This document shows, one piece after another, positions 37,013 through 50,828 of a DNA stretch of 64,000 nucleotides. Positions within the stretch are counted from its first letter, which is position 1. Each line of letters begins with the position of its first letter. The position numbers were made by a program, and so were the translations under genes. A model generated the notes under the pieces. That model searched no databases, was not told the DNA's origin, and saw only the letters and a program-made list of their open reading frames with translations. Source of the DNA: Vicugna vicugna. Lineage: Eukaryota. The DNA lies in contig MU061560.1 of NCBI GenBank assembly GCA_013265495.1, positions 186,001 to 250,000 on the forward strand. The letters run 5' to 3'.

Positions 37013-37397
37013 TTTCTTTTTAAAAAATACTTCCATGCTTTCCTGACCCACTTGGGTTTGTTTGTTAGTTTGTTTATTTATTTATTTAAAAAAGTGTTTT
37101 ATTCATTTACTATTGTATCATTTTATTTTATTTTATTTTTGTGGGGGGAGGTAGTTATGTATTTATTTTTAGAGGAGGTACTGGGTATCGAACCCAGGAC
37201 CTCAAGCATGCTAAGCACGCACTCTACCACATAAGTTATACCCTCCCCTTATGTTATTTTTGAGGGAGGAGGTAATTAGGTTTACTTATTTGTTGATTGA
37301 TTTTTAATGGAGGTACTAGGGATTTTAATGGAGGTTTGAACCCAGCACCTCATGCATAGTAAGTATGCACTCTACCTTGTGAGCTATACCCTTCCCC
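37013..37397 (-). mobile_element. Tandem pair of Vic-1-like SINEs with extended tail
   Basis: Monomers at ~37141-37248 and ~37262-37397 inside one 13-bp TSD. Confidence 0.85.
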
Positions 37398-37594
37398 AGT
37401 TTATCTTAGTGTTGATTTATGTTTTGCTTGTTCTTCAGAAGAAGATTGATGCAAAATTTAAAAAGTTAAAATGATTATGAGTTGTGGGACATTTCAATTT
37501 TGAAAGCTTTGTGGTTGCATTGAGGGTGGTCTCCAGCCTCTGGAATCCCTGTTTTCATGCCCTGTAAGACTACCCATTCATGTAAAGAGGATGT

Positions 37595-38045
37595 AGGAAA
37601 TATACATAGTGGAATACTACTCAGCCATAAAAAAGAATGAAATGTTGCCATTTGCAGCAACATGGTTGGATTTGGAGGCTATTATGCTAAGTGAAATAAG
37701 TCAGACAAAGACAGTATTGTATGTTATTGCTTATATGTGGAATCTAAAAAATAAAACAAATGAATATATCAAAACAGAAACACTCATGGATATAGAGAAC
37801 AAGCTAGTGGTTACCAGTGGGGAGAGGGGAGGGGCAAGATAAGAGTAGGAGATTAAGCACAAACCACTATTTATAAAATAAATAAGCTGCAAGAATATAC
37901 AAGAATATATTGTACATTGCAAGGAATGTAGCCAATATTTTACAATAACTTGAAACAATATAGTCTATCAAAATTTTGAATCACTACGTTGTATACTTGA
38001 AACTAAGACAATATTGTAAGTCAGTTATACTTCAATAAAAAAGAG
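37595..38045 (+). mobile_element. L1 3' fragment
   Basis: EYYSAIKKNEMLPFAATWLDLEAIMLSEISQ ORF2 C-terminus followed by the 3' UTR. Confidence 0.88.
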
Positions 38046-38454
38046 GAAAAATTTTTAAAAATTCATCTTTGAAAAATGACCATCTGTAAAGTAGTGTATT
38101 ACCTTCAGATTCTTCAAGTGAGGTTCTGGAGCGCGACATTGGACGAGTTTGAGCAGAGCCTAGATTCTCCCAGGGCTTTTTGAGGAGGTGACTGAATACA
38201 GACTACTCATTAGGACCCCCTAGGTGATTTATAAAACTACTGCTGCTGGGAACCCTCTCTGAGACAGTTTAGTCATTGGAGGTGGAGCAAGGGGCTTCAG
38301 TATGTTGACACTCCCCCCTCATGGGTGCAACCAGGGCTGAGAGCCTCTCTCTTAGAAACTTCCAACTCTAGGACTAAGTGACTGTACGAATAGAAGTATT
38401 TGGTAAGAAAAGCTGGAAAGTTATGAGCTAATATGTAAACATCAGTTGCACAGG

Positions 38455-38597
38455 AAGGGAGGGTATATAGCTCAGCAGTAGAGGGCACGCTTAGAGCATG
38501 CATGAGGTCCGGGGTTCAATCCCCAGTACCTCCATCAAGAAATAAGTAAGTAAGCAAACCTAATTACCTCCCAGCAAAACAAACCAAAAAAAAAAAA
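38455..38597 (+). mobile_element. tRNA-derived SINE (Vic-1-like)
   Basis: Same consensus. Confidence 0.88.
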
Positions 38598-39804
38598 ATC
38601 AATTGTGCAGTCTTTTTACTTGTCTCCTCTGTTTTCTGGAAATGGAAATACTAGAAAGGCTTTCAGAAAACCTGCAACCAACGTCATCAAAAATCTAATT
38701 GCAAAAAAAAAAAAATCTAATTGCCTCAGTTAAGATGGTTAAAATGTATGCTAAAAGCGTGTAATACTTGATTCGTCAGGGTTGTCTGAAGTTCCTTTTA
38801 AAGTTACTTGTCTCCTTTGCTGTGTCTGTTTTGTTGTTCGCAGTTGCTTATGCCAACTTTACAAAATTCATAAGTAGGATTTTTAAAAAAGAATTGCTCT
38901 GCTGGATTGATCTTTTAACTTCTGGGGTTAACTTCACTTGTTTTTTGTTTATGCAGGCTTACTGTTTTCAAACAATTTATGGGGAAAAAATGTAATATTT
39001 AACTGCTACATTTTTGTATTTAGAATCGGAAAAAAGGGACCTGTTTGCATTTATGGGAAGTACACAATCACAGTAGCAATTTCCTTAAGAATGTTTCGGC
39101 GTGGGTCTGTAAATAGAAGGTTCTGAGTGATGGGTGTTTGTTTTTCTCTGGCATCCTGCAGACTAATGTGGAATCAAATGCCACTGCTGAAGAGCTCTTA
39201 GCCGTCAGTTTTTGAAACTGAAAGAGATCTTATAACATGAATGTGCCTTGCTGAGAAGCCTCACTGATTGCCTTTCTCTAGACGGTTTCAGGAGATGTTT
39301 TGAAGCTGACCTTGATGTGAGGTTGGATCTTGGGCACGGCTTCTTTTGATGAGCTGTAGATCCTGTCATCTTGCAAATTACCTTTTTGGCATGCATGGCC
39401 ATTTCCTCCTGTTTAAATCATAATCTGAGAGGCTGGAGGGGATTGAGTTGGGGGTGAATAGCAGATGAGGTCAGAGAGGGAGGAGATGTCAAGTGATGCA
39501 GTAGCTTTTACATCCTTACTAGGACTTTTGACTTTTGCTTTGCATGAAATGGGAAGCTCTTGGAGGATCTGAGCACAGAAGTCACAAATACTCCACACTT
39601 TTCCCCCCAATCCGTGTGTGCATTCGAAGAGACTGTAACCTCCTTCAGGGAAAAGGAGTTTAAAATAACCTGGTAGCTCGTGAGAAGTGTCGCATTCTCC
39701 TCCCTGCCTCTCCCACAGCAAGTGTTTCATAGTTGTTTCTGGTATTGTGTTCCTTCAGGCTGGAAAAAAAAAAGATGAAGTAATTAAGACAGTTATTTTG
39801 AAAA

Positions 39805-39940
39805 GGAGAGGGAGGATATAGCTCAGTGGTAGAGTGCATGCCTAGCATATGTGAGGTCCTGGGTTCCATCCCCAGTACCTCCATTAAAAAAAAAATAGAT
39901 CTAATTACCTCTCCCCCCAAAATAAACAACAAAAGAAAGA
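39805..39940 (+). mobile_element. tRNA-derived SINE (Vic-1-like)
   Basis: Same consensus. Confidence 0.88.
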
Positions 39941-40764
39941 GGTTCAACTAGACACTTGCTTTAAAAAAATAACCATTTGTTTGAGTAATTAACCCGTTTA
40001 CTAGAAGGGATACCGTGCTGACTTGCCGGGCTCTTCGTACTGGAATCTTCACCTGACTTTCTTCTACTCTCTGCCTATTCTGGACCATGTGAGCCATCTG
40101 GTAGACCCTAGTCTAAAGTGACACAAAGACAGTTTAACATTGTATGACTGGTTTTGTGTCACAGTTGATATCTTAGTTCCTGAGGGACTGGAATGAATGC
40201 TGGTCATTTATTCATTCATGTTTTAAATATTTAGAGAATGTCGGTTATATGCCGAGCTCATGCTGGGTGTACAAAAACTCTTTATTTCTAAGTTAGTTGC
40301 TTACTGTTAGAGGCAAAAAAGATGAACAAATGTGATTAAGATGTTTTATCGGAGAGATCGTGGGCTTTTGAGTCAGAATGAACTGTCTTTGAATCTGTTT
40401 AGTAGCTTTGTGATTTTAGCCTAAAACCTAGAATGCTACGAACCTCACTCTCCTGTTCTGTGAAATGGAGGAAGGTAACTCCGGGTGTAAAGAAAAATCC
40501 ACTTAAAGCATTTAATACAGCCCCTGACACATAGTGAGCACCTGATAAGTGATGGATGTGATGATGAGAATAGTAATTAATAATAATAATAAAATGGTAA
40601 AAATAATAATATGTCGGCTGTGCTTGACAGGACCCCAGAGAAGAGGGCAGCAAACTCAGCTTGAAGGGACCCCAGGAAGCTTCCCGATCGTGGCCACGTG
40701 TGAGGGTGTGGGACCAACAGAACGGATTTTCTTTCTTCTTTTTCTTTTTCTTTTTTTTTTTGGT

Positions 40765-41450
40765 TAAAAAAACTTTTAATATAAAATGAAGGGAAATAGA
40801 CCCACCAGAACTAAAACATAAAGTTAGAGCAGTTAATGTAGTTCGCATTGATCAAATGAATAGACTGAAAGATTAATAAAACAAAACGGTGTCCGTACAA
40901 CAAGTAAGAATTTCATATAATCTGGGAAATAATTCCAAGATGTCAGGGGAAAACGGTTATTCAATAAACAGGTCACCATATGGGGAAAAATACTGTATTC
41001 TTTCTTCATTTCCTGATTTAGGCCCCAGGGATCAAAGAGTTGAGCGTAATTAAATGAGTCATAAAAATAATAGAAAAAAAGGAATCTTCTCAAAACTGTA
41101 TAATTTTAGAATAGGATAAACCTTACTGAAAGCATGTCACAAACCAGAAACTATAATAGTATATATTGGGAAAATTAAGCATTTTTGAACCGGAAGATAG
41201 TTAATGAAGTAAAAAAAGCTAAGACAATTATTTGCAATATGTATTTTAAAAGATTCGTTTCTTAATCTTTGTTAAAAGTTCATTAAATAATAATTTTAAA
41301 AGACTAAAATCACAACAGAAGAGTGAGCAAAGGACATAGATATTTTGTTGCCCAAATGGCTTTTAAATAGATTAAAAAAAGGGACAACCACATTCCTAAT
41401 TAAGAAACACAAAATAAAATAACAAATGAGATTTAATTTTTCACCAAACA
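40765..41450 (+). mobile_element. Old, decayed L1 ORF2 remnant
   Basis: A-rich L1M-type motifs (ttattcaataaac, gagtgagcaaaggacataga). Confidence 0.55.
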
Positions 41451-42817
41451 GGAGGGATTTTCCAGGCAGTGGCGGGGGCAGAGTCATTGAGGAAGAAGGA
41501 ACAGCCTGCAAAGGAGGGGGAATTGGCGAGACCGTTGCTTGTCAGCATCTGTGTTACTGCGGGTGGGGTGTGACATGCGTGAGAGGTGGGAGGTGAGCCT
41601 GGAGAGATGGTCTGGGGTCAGGCGACGAAGGACCTTGTGACAGGCTCGTGGGTCCCTGCCAGCCTCGGCTCGGGCGTGGCTGACGGTGGTGACGTCTGCC
41701 ACGGGAAGGCTTTGCCACTGAGAGCCAGTCCCAGGGACAAGGTGGGCAGTACCTCCGACCAACAAGGGGTCTGGAAATCTCCGCTGCTCCTCTGCCCCGT
41801 TTGGTGTGTTTCAGGGTTTGTTTTAGCCTCGTGGCTTCTTGCGAATTGGAGCGTGGCCGCTTCCCAGTCTCACCTCCATCACGGCCAGGTCGCCTAATTG
41901 CCCCTTCAGTGCGGGTCCTCGGTGCCACTGTCCTCCTGGGTGGCTGGGCTGGTGCTGCTCCCAGCGACTGTCATCACGCCCCCACCCCTCTGATTCTCGA
42001 CTCACAGCTCCGTCAGCCGCATGCCCCCCCGGAAGCCTGACTTCCAACCTGTTGATCAGTCCCTGGACGTTGTGCTCTGTCCACACTAGACTTATCATTT
42101 CCTTTCTCATCGGCTTTGCTGTTTCGGGCTGATTACTGTTTTCCTCCTTTCTTGTCTTTTTTCCTCAGTTGTCATTAAATCAGCTTCAACCTCCTTTTTG
42201 CTTCTTTTCTGGGAGAGCCTCCCTTACGCCCCTTGAACAGGGAGGGTCAGGCCACCCGTGGGGGCGCTGAGGACCTTACGCTTGGTCTACAGACCACACA
42301 AAAAGCACTGACAGTTTCAAAACAGGAAGGTAATATAATTAACTTTATGTTTTTAAAACAGTGATTTTTGGTTTTTGATTCTGACAGTGCAGTGGTCCTG
42401 GCCCTCTGCCTAATAACCCTTTTGCTGGGAGCAGTGAAAAATGCTACATATAAAAATAGCCCTTACAATGCATGAATGAATTGACTTCTTAGCAAGAATG
42501 CTCAGAGGCTAAACCTGAATTAAAGCAGGAACCTTTAGAAATGAGCAGTGTGTCAGCCCTGACTCCTGCCTGGAGTGCACTGGCTGAGTCAGATAAAACT
42601 GAGCTTGTTTCTGTGGGCCACTTAGGGTAGAGGAAATAAAAGACAAAGCTTAGAATTCCCCATGTTTGGGCTCCAAAGGACGTCACACTCACTGTAAGAG
42701 AGACTGGAAAAACCATCCTGCCCCACTTTCAGCGGGGACTACATAGAACGCTGGGTATCTATTCTCAGACTTCGCACCCTACCAGTAGACTTTCGCCAAT
42801 GTCTGCAGTCTGTTCAC

Positions 42818-42823
<6 letters not shown>

Positions 42824-42866
<43 letters not shown>
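42824..42866. repeat. (GT)n microsatellite
   Basis: Directly visible. Confidence 0.95.
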
Positions 42867-42868
<2 letters not shown>

Positions 42869-43428
42869 AAGGGCTGAAATTCAACAAACTTAAGGTCAGA
42901 AATTAGTTTAGAGTGATCCTGGGATGGTCATGCATGGCAGACTGGGAAGAACCACCATAGATAATCTTCTTTTAAAAAAAAAGGAGGAGGGCAAAATAGA
43001 CAAAAAACAAACACCATCGGCTTCACATCCTTGTCATGACTTTGTGTTGTCAGATTTTAGGCTATCTGCCTCACTGGGAGGTGCAAAAGGGTGTCTCCTT
43101 GCAGCTTTAGCTTGTGCTCTGTGACTGCTAACGAGGGTGAGCATCTTCTTAAAAGTTTGCAGGCATTTATGCTGCCCCTTCATTGCGATGCTTTTTTGTG
43201 TCTTTAGCCCGTTTTTCTGCTGGGAATGTTTATACCTGACTGGTTTGTAGGGGTATATATCTATAGATTTTATATACTAAACTTTTTTGGTTATAGATGT
43301 TGAAAATCTCTTTTCCTAGTTTGTGGCTTGCCTTTTCACTCTTTCTGGGGTTTCCTTTGTTGAAGAGAACATCATGATTTTAATTTAGTTGATTTATCAG
43401 TCTTTTATGTTTATAGGTTGTGTTTTTT

Positions 43429-44179
43429 TAACTTTATTTATTTTACAATATATTTTTTAAATTGACATATAGTTGATGTACAATATTATATGCTACAGGT
43501 ATACGATATAGTGATTCACAATTTTTAAAGGTTATACTCCATTTATAGTTACTATAAAATATTGGTTATTTCTCCATGTTGTACAGTCCATCCTTGAAGC
43601 TTATTTTATACCTGAGAGTTTGTGCCTGTTAATCTTCCACCTCCATCTTGCCCCTCCCCTTTCCCTCTCCCCACTGGTCACCACTGGTTCCTCCTCTACA
43701 TCTGTGAGTCCTTCTTTTCTATTATATTCACTAGCTTGTTGTGTTTTGTTTAGATTCCAGTGTAAGTGATATCTTGCAGTATTTGTCTTTCTCTGTCCAG
43801 ACAACCCATTTAAAATACGGGGAGAAGAACTGAACATTTTTCCGAAAGAGGAAATGTAGATGGCCAGCAGGAACGTGAAACGTTGCTCAGCATCACCAGT
43901 CTCAGGGAAATGCAGATCAAAACCACAATGAGACACAGACACCGTCTCACACCTGTCAGAGTGGCGGTCCTCAGAAAGAACATGAGTAACAAACGTTGGC
44001 AAGGATGTGGAGGAGAGGGAACCCTTGTGCACTGGTGGTGGGAATGTAAACTGGTGCAGCCACTGTGGAAAACAGTATGGAGGGTTCTCAAAAACCCGAA
44101 AACAGAACCACCACATGGCCCAGCAGTTCCACTCCTGGGCGTATACCTGAGAAAAACCAAAACGTGAATTCAGAAAGAC
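43429..44179 (-). mobile_element. 5'-inverted (twin-primed) L1 insertion
   Basis: Minus-strand 3' UTR 43429-~43797 joined to a plus-strand ORF2 piece ~43798-44179; 14-bp TSD with 1 mismatch. Confidence 0.85.
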
Positions 44180-44389
44180 AGGTGGTGTTTTTTGATTCTT
44201 GTTTAAGAAGTCTTCTCTTACTCTAAAGACGTACAAATATTCTCTTGTATTGTTTTCTGAATATCTTATGGTTTGCCTTTTATATTTAAATCTTTAATTC
44301 TCCCTGGAATTGATTTCTGTGTTTGATATGAGCTAGAAATCTAATCTAATTTCCCCCCATAATTTTCCGCTCTAAAATTGGATTGCTAG

Positions 44390-44490
44390 TTTTTTTTTTT
44401 GACGGGAGGGGGTAATTAGGTTTATTTATTTATTTTTTGAGGTTCAACCCCCAGGACTTGGTGCATGCTAAGCACACACTCTACCCACTC
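44390..44490 (-). mobile_element. tRNA-derived SINE (Vic-1-like, partial)
   Basis: Partial consensus. Confidence 0.75.
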
Positions 44491-45467
44491 CCCCATTGCC
44501 AGCTACCTCACACCATCGGCTGTGGAGCAGTCCTTCTGTCCTCCACTTACCTTCAGCACCTGCTTTGTCGTAAATCAGGTTTCTGTATACGCACAGGTCT
44601 GTTTCTGGTCTATCCCCTTCCATTGGTTGTTCGTCTGTTCCTGGACGAGTGTCACAGTGTCTTACGGTTGCAGCTCTATGATACGTTCTTGGTCGATGGT
44701 GGAACACTTCCACTCTGCCCTTCCTTAGGAGTCGTCGGCTTTAGGAGTCCTCTTTGTTCTCATTGGCTTCGATACACTTTTAGTATTTACAAGGAAGTGG
44801 CTGGTGAACCAGGGCAGAGCACACGGTTTATTCCCATCTCCCCAGTGCTGTTTCGGAAGGATGCTGAGTGTCTCGTGCTTGTCCTAGACTCTGTGTACAT
44901 TTTTATAAGCAAAGCAGGCAAGCTCCAACAATGGAACTCAATTGTCTGATCAACTAGCTGTCACTACAAACCTTAATGGGGTCTGTGATCTAATTCTTAA
45001 GAACTCACTTTGAAGAAAAATATTATTTAAGGGCTTTTCATAAAGGTTTTAAAAATACCAGCTCTAATCTCCAAGTCCCTTATGAGCAAGCATATGCATA
45101 TTTCTAATTTAAACAAGCTTCTGAACTATTTTATGGCCTGGAGCTCTGTAAAAATTCTGTTCTTGGTGATTTTCCTCTTACCACAGTCATTGGAAAAACA
45201 AATTTCTACACTGATTCCCATTTAACTGGTCTGTTTAATAATAACATCATACTCCTGTGAAATGTAAACCTTTTATGGAAAAGGCTCTGATGAACTATTA
45301 CCTAGGTAAGAATCCGTTTCTTTTTATCATTTTACATTGTTTCAGTTTTAGTATTAATGAGAAATGTAATTATTCCTCTTCTTAAAAAAAATTCACAGTG
45401 TTATTTATGTTCAGATATTTTTAAATCAATAATTTCTCCCACATGTTTAGAGCTTAATTATATATAT

Positions 45468-45593
45468 AGGAGGAGGAGGTAATAGGTTTATTTATTATTA
45501 GTTGTTTTTTTTTAAATGGAGGTGCTGAGGATTGAACCCAGGACCTCGTGTGTGCTAAGTACACGCTCTACCGCTGAGCTATATATACCCCCC
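45468..45593 (-). mobile_element. tRNA-derived SINE (Vic-1-like)
   Basis: Same consensus. Confidence 0.85.
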
Positions 45594-45829
45594 ACTCAAT
45601 TATATTTTCAAGTCAAAACTATTTGAGTTTTTTCCCCTTCATAATCTGATATTAACAATATGGAGAGCTTACGTTCAGCAAACTAGCATCACCCTTAAAA
45701 CGTCCTATTTAATATTAAAAAATAAGACTTTGCCAGTCCCCTTTTTCTCCCTGTGTACTCTTCTTTCTCATTGTCTCTTATCCCCTCACTCTCCATTAAC
45801 TTTACACCAGAGTGTCAAGGATTTAATGG

Positions 45830-46460
45830 ATCACGAAAGAATGAACTCTAGGGGAAAATTCCTGGGAACATTTATTAAATGTCAGTGTGGAGGAAATCTT
45901 CCCAAGCAAGATATAAAATTTAGAATGAGAAGGCAAGGCTGACACATTTGGTTACATAGAAATTTTTTTAAAAACTGGAATAGACACCCTAAACACAACA
46001 GATTGGGGGAAAAATGCAACATGGTTAACTTACAGAGGATTATTATCCCTAATATACAGCTCCTCTGAGTTAATCGAAAACAATCATACAATCACCTCCC
46101 CCACCAAAAAAAAAGAAAAGAAAAAAAAACCCAACAATAATACAACAGAAAAAGGGCAAAGACTGTCACTAGACAAACAGAAGAGGGTTTGCAAATAATA
46201 AACGTGGAAAAGATGCTCAATCTCAGTGAGTGAATGCAAATTAAATAATAGTGAGTTTTCACTGGTTTACCAGTCAGCTTACAAAACTGTTAAATATTGA
46301 CCACATGCAACGTGGCAGAGTGTGTGGAAATGTGAGCATTCTCACATTGTTTGTGGGAGCAGGGATTGCTATGAGTTTTGAGAATGTGACTGGGCAGTCT
46401 GTATTAAGATATAAAATGCCCTCAATACTTGGATCCAAGAATCTCACAAACCACAGGTGA
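45830..46460 (+). mobile_element. Old L1 remnant
   Basis: aaagatgctcaatctcagt...atgcaaattaaa motifs. Confidence 0.6.
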
Positions 46461-47594
46461 CTAACACCGTTCCCCAAATACCCTGCGTCAAAGGGAAGCA
46501 CCTTAGCATTTAGTATGTAATCTAGACCCTGTCTAAATACAGATCGTAAATGTGTGGAACATAGGAGGAATCAAAACATGCTCATTCATCTTTGGTGTAT
46601 CTTAACAGACTTCTTTAAGTTTAAATAAATAATGCTTCTATATATTTAAATAAAATCGTGTTTTAAAATCGAGATGTAATTTTACCCATCCCCACGTATC
46701 CCTTCTCCCTTAGCCCCACGGACCTGGTTTGGACTTTTGATTTAGTGATCAGAGTGTGATTTTTTGAAAAAAATTTAACGCTGCGTTACTTTTCAACTCT
46801 TCTTGGTCTTGAATATATGCGAGCATTTTTGACAAAAAGTGATGCTTATTCTCCATCCTGGTGGATTCAGGGGTTGCTCCTCTCAAAGTAAAGGGGACAC
46901 CACCACCGGGGCTCATTGTCCTCAAGAGCAGCCCTGCCACCGTCTCCCGACCCTATTGGCGGAGGAAGTAACACATTTACTCCAAGGTTTACAAAAACAC
47001 TCATAAAACACCCTCTGTCACATTCTGTGAAAGAGTTAAGTGGTGACTTGGGACGTTTTAAACCTACCGTTACTTCTCTTTATGTATTTATGTAAAAATG
47101 AAAGTTGTAGCCTATAAAAACAACTCTGAAAATCCATTGCAAAAAGGAAAGCTTGATGTAGGGAAAAAAGACTGAAAATGAAGGTTAGATGACAGTGAAT
47201 GTTAAAATGAAGTTTTTTTTTTTCATTTCTAATCCTAAACAAGAACAATAATTGTAGACATTTATTTATTTCACAGTGATTGTTGGACACCTGCCATGTT
47301 AGGTGCTTGGGGTACAAAGTTCCTGCCCTCGGGGGCTTGACATATCGTGGGCGAGACAGGCATAGAGGAGTAAGCAAATAAACAATTGTGCACAATGACG
47401 TGTGCTAAAAAGTGAAGAGAGCAGGACAAAAGAATGAGAAGACTGGCAGGTATGCTGTCGCGGGAGGCTATTGCAGAAATGAGGGCCCAGCGTGGCTTTT
47501 CAAAGGAGACAGCATCCCACGTGGTGAGCAATAGCCCAGAAAAGGTTTCACAGTGTCTGGGGCGGAACGTAAGACCGTGAGCTTCATGGTACTG

Positions 47595-48250
47595 CCATCG
47601 TGGGTGCAGTCGGCCTTTATAGGGCAGACCTGCGCTGTGCATTGTGGGGCCTCGGGCTCCTGCGGATGGTTAGCATCCCTGGCTCCGCCCACTAAGTGCC
47701 AGGGGTGTCTCCTCTCCCAGGTCTTGATTATAAAATTAGAAGTGTGGCGGTGGAGGCTATAGCTCAAGTGGCTGAGTGCCTGCTTAGCACTCATGAGGTC
47801 CTGGGTTCAATCCCCAGTACCTCCTCCAAAAATAAATGAACCTGGCTATCTCACCCCCAAATAAAAAATAAGTAATACAATGATAAATAAATAAAATATT
47901 TAAAAAAAACAAGAACAAGATCATTGTCATTGCACAACATGGTGACTGTAGCTGACAATACCGTATTATACATTTGAAAGTCGCTAAGACAGTAGATCTT
48001 AATTCTCATCGCAAGAAAAAATTGGAACTATGTGACGTGATGGATGTGAAATAGGCTTGTGGTGATCATTTCACAGTGTATACCTGTAACAGATCATGTT
48101 GTATACCTAAGAGCTGATACAACATTATATGTTAATTGTATCTCAATTTAAAAATTAAAAAAAGAAAAAGACAAAAACAAAGTACCATCGCACATTCCAA
48201 ACTTCTCTTCCCCCAGGGGAGCCCTGCTACCCTCAGCTGGGAGCCCCTGC
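47595..48250 (-). mobile_element. MER20-like hAT element split by a SINE and an L1MA tail (~47930-48165)
   Basis: gcatccctggctccgcccactaagtgccag and the terminal gggagcccctg resemble reverse-complemented MER20. Confidence 0.6.
47745..47910 (+). mobile_element. tRNA-derived SINE (Vic-1-like)
   Basis: Same consensus. Confidence 0.85.
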
Positions 48251-50828
48251 AAACTGGAGTGAAGGGTTGGGGTAGATGTTACAGAGAGGAGGCTGGAGGG
48301 GTGGACAGCGACCAGGTCCTGGAGCCCTGGCGAGGAGTCTGGTTGTTATTTTAAGTGTAGCGGGCAGCCACTGGGGTGATGTGATCTAATAAATATTTCA
48401 GAAAGATCCCTCTGGCGCTTCCCTGCAGACTGTTGATGGAGTGAGCCAAGTGGGGAGGCTTTTGCAATAGTTCCAGTGTCAGATGATGGTGGCTTGGACT
48501 GGGGGAGAAGCTACTTGGCGGCGAGAAAAGAATGATTTAGTATGCATGTTGAAGGGTTTGCCAGTTAATTGGATGTGAGAGCAAAAGAAAGGGAGAAATC
48601 AGGATGGCTCCTGGGTTTCTTTAGAATCAACTAAGAAGAATATAAAGAAATCATATGGTGAGATATGAAAATGAAGGAATAAATAATATTTCACAACTAA
48701 ATTTAGGAGCTGAAATATTTCATATTCACTTGACTTTGAAAATTCTTATGGATCCCAATTTTGATACTTTGTTTAAAAAGGAATTTTAAAATGTGTCTGC
48801 CAAGAGCATTTAACACTTGGAAAGGATTCATAACTGACAGAAAAGCAAGCATCATCTAGTTATTATGCCCTATGATGTAATTTACTGGACCTAAGTTGGC
48901 TATGTTTCATGATACATTGAGTATATAGCCGCATTTCTTTGTTTCCGTTACAAACCTAAAATGTTGTCATTTTTCTTCCAATAAAATAAAACAAACCAGC
49001 CATATATACTCTTTTGACATTCTCTGAAGGCAACCCCATCCAGTTATTAAAATGGATGTCAGTTTTTTTCCAACTAAAGAGTTAATTATTTATAGGGAGC
49101 AATGTGTGTGCTCTAGATTAGAAGCATGGAGACTAGGGCATAAATATATCCTTAAACTGGAACTGAAGTTAAAAAAAAAATGCAGCTGGTGCAAATAGCA
49201 GCTTTCTTTCCCCTCTACTGTGGGTCTTTGTTGACTCACTTGCAGTGTTCGATCGTGTTGTGGTCCCCGAGGGCCAGGGAGGTGGGTGTCCTGGACTTAC
49301 GAAGAAGCTGATGTGATCTCAGTCTGCATTAACAGAAATCCTATCCAGAGTATGATGATCAATGTTCGCCCATCCACTCCTGGAATACTGTGTTCTAGGT
49401 GTAATGATCCAGGCACCAATGGATGGCAGGTAGGAGGAATACAGAGCTCAGATACGAAGGACTTTCCTTTCTGGAAGACGAAGAGCAGAGGGAAAAGTAA
49501 CAGGCGTTCTGAGGAGAGAGACTTCCTTTTTGGCTAATGAAGATGTTTAAGCAGAAGCCAAAAAGCTGTTTGGTAGGGACTTAAGGAAGTGAGTCAGGCA
49601 TTTGATGGAGTTTGGAACAGAGGACATCTAAATTGTTTTCAGCATGGTGACTCTGTCATTAAACACGCCTGTTTCCCTAATACTGCAGCATTCGAATGAA
49701 GTCCTGATAACCACAGCTGCACCAGTCCTGGGGTTTGTTTTGCAACGGCTGCTTGGTGGTTAAACTCTTCAGGTGAAATAGCAGAGTGACAGAGAGCAGC
49801 GCCAGCAAGAGCGGGCACCTCTCCTCCGGAGCGGGCATCACACAGGGGGGCCCATGTGTCCCACAGGCAGAAGCCAGCCCAGGGATCTAGAAACACTGAT
49901 GTAGAGAGCTGTTGCTGCTGCTTTTTTTTTTTTAATACAATAAGGGGAATCATGCAAAAAATCTGGATTCCAGAACTCTCAAAAAATTGGAAGATTTCAC
50001 AAAGCCCTGGGCCCGCTTTTCTTCACGACACTGGTGAGTTGGACCTGAGTCGTTCTCCTTCAGAAAGGGCACGAATCTCCAGTTCACCGCCGTCCCCAGC
50101 ATTTCATCTCATACACAGCACCTTACTGTCTACGTCCCACATTTAGATCCTCCGTTGCATCATTGTTGACTTCTGAGTTTTGATTTTCTGGTCTAGATCC
50201 TGGCACTCTTTCCTTCTATGGATAAAAAGAAAGTTAAGTGTGAGAGAGCAGAGGGGTTGGAGGAGGACATAGTGCCTTACTTGGACTTGCCTGGACTTGG
50301 ATTAAAAGGACCCACATTTCATTCTGAGTCTGTCTCATATCGTGAAGCCTCGTTTTTTCATCTACTAAATAGGAACAGCAAACAGGACTGTGTTTACTTC
50401 GGAGTGAGCTGGTATATGCAGGAGCACCTGGCACATAAATAACCTTGCCCAAAGCACACGTTCTGGTGAGCTGGTGCCTCCCTACGCCCTCCTGTAAAAC
50501 CCGAGGCAGCTCTGACGTTCCCTTGTTCCGTGGTGGTTGATTTCCATGTCTGTTTTCTCTTTGTGTCTTACTCAACTTTCTGTCACCAAGCACTGAACTT
50601 TGCCATTCTGATGAATGAATGGATGGAGTGAATTTTGAGAGTGAGGGAAGAGAGGATAAAGGAAAAGGAAATAAATGACTGAGCATCTTCTTCCTTCCCG
50701 TCTCTCAGAACTACTCCTCCCCCCACCCCCCCCAACCCCCCTCCTCTCCTTCCCCAGATCCTCAGCCTGGTTCTACCCTGAACTCTGATCTCTCAGAGTT
50801 CCACTTTGTGGCTGAGTTGAACATTCTT

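Larger units (their letters stand above)
43010..44800 (-). mobile_element. Old L1M remnant hosting a younger L1 and a SINE
   Basis: Antisense L1 motifs continue across the 43429-44179 insertion. Confidence 0.7.

Noticed and set aside
43601..44236. 211-aa minus-strand ORF
   Set aside because: Chance frame spanning the inversion junction of the twin-primed L1.
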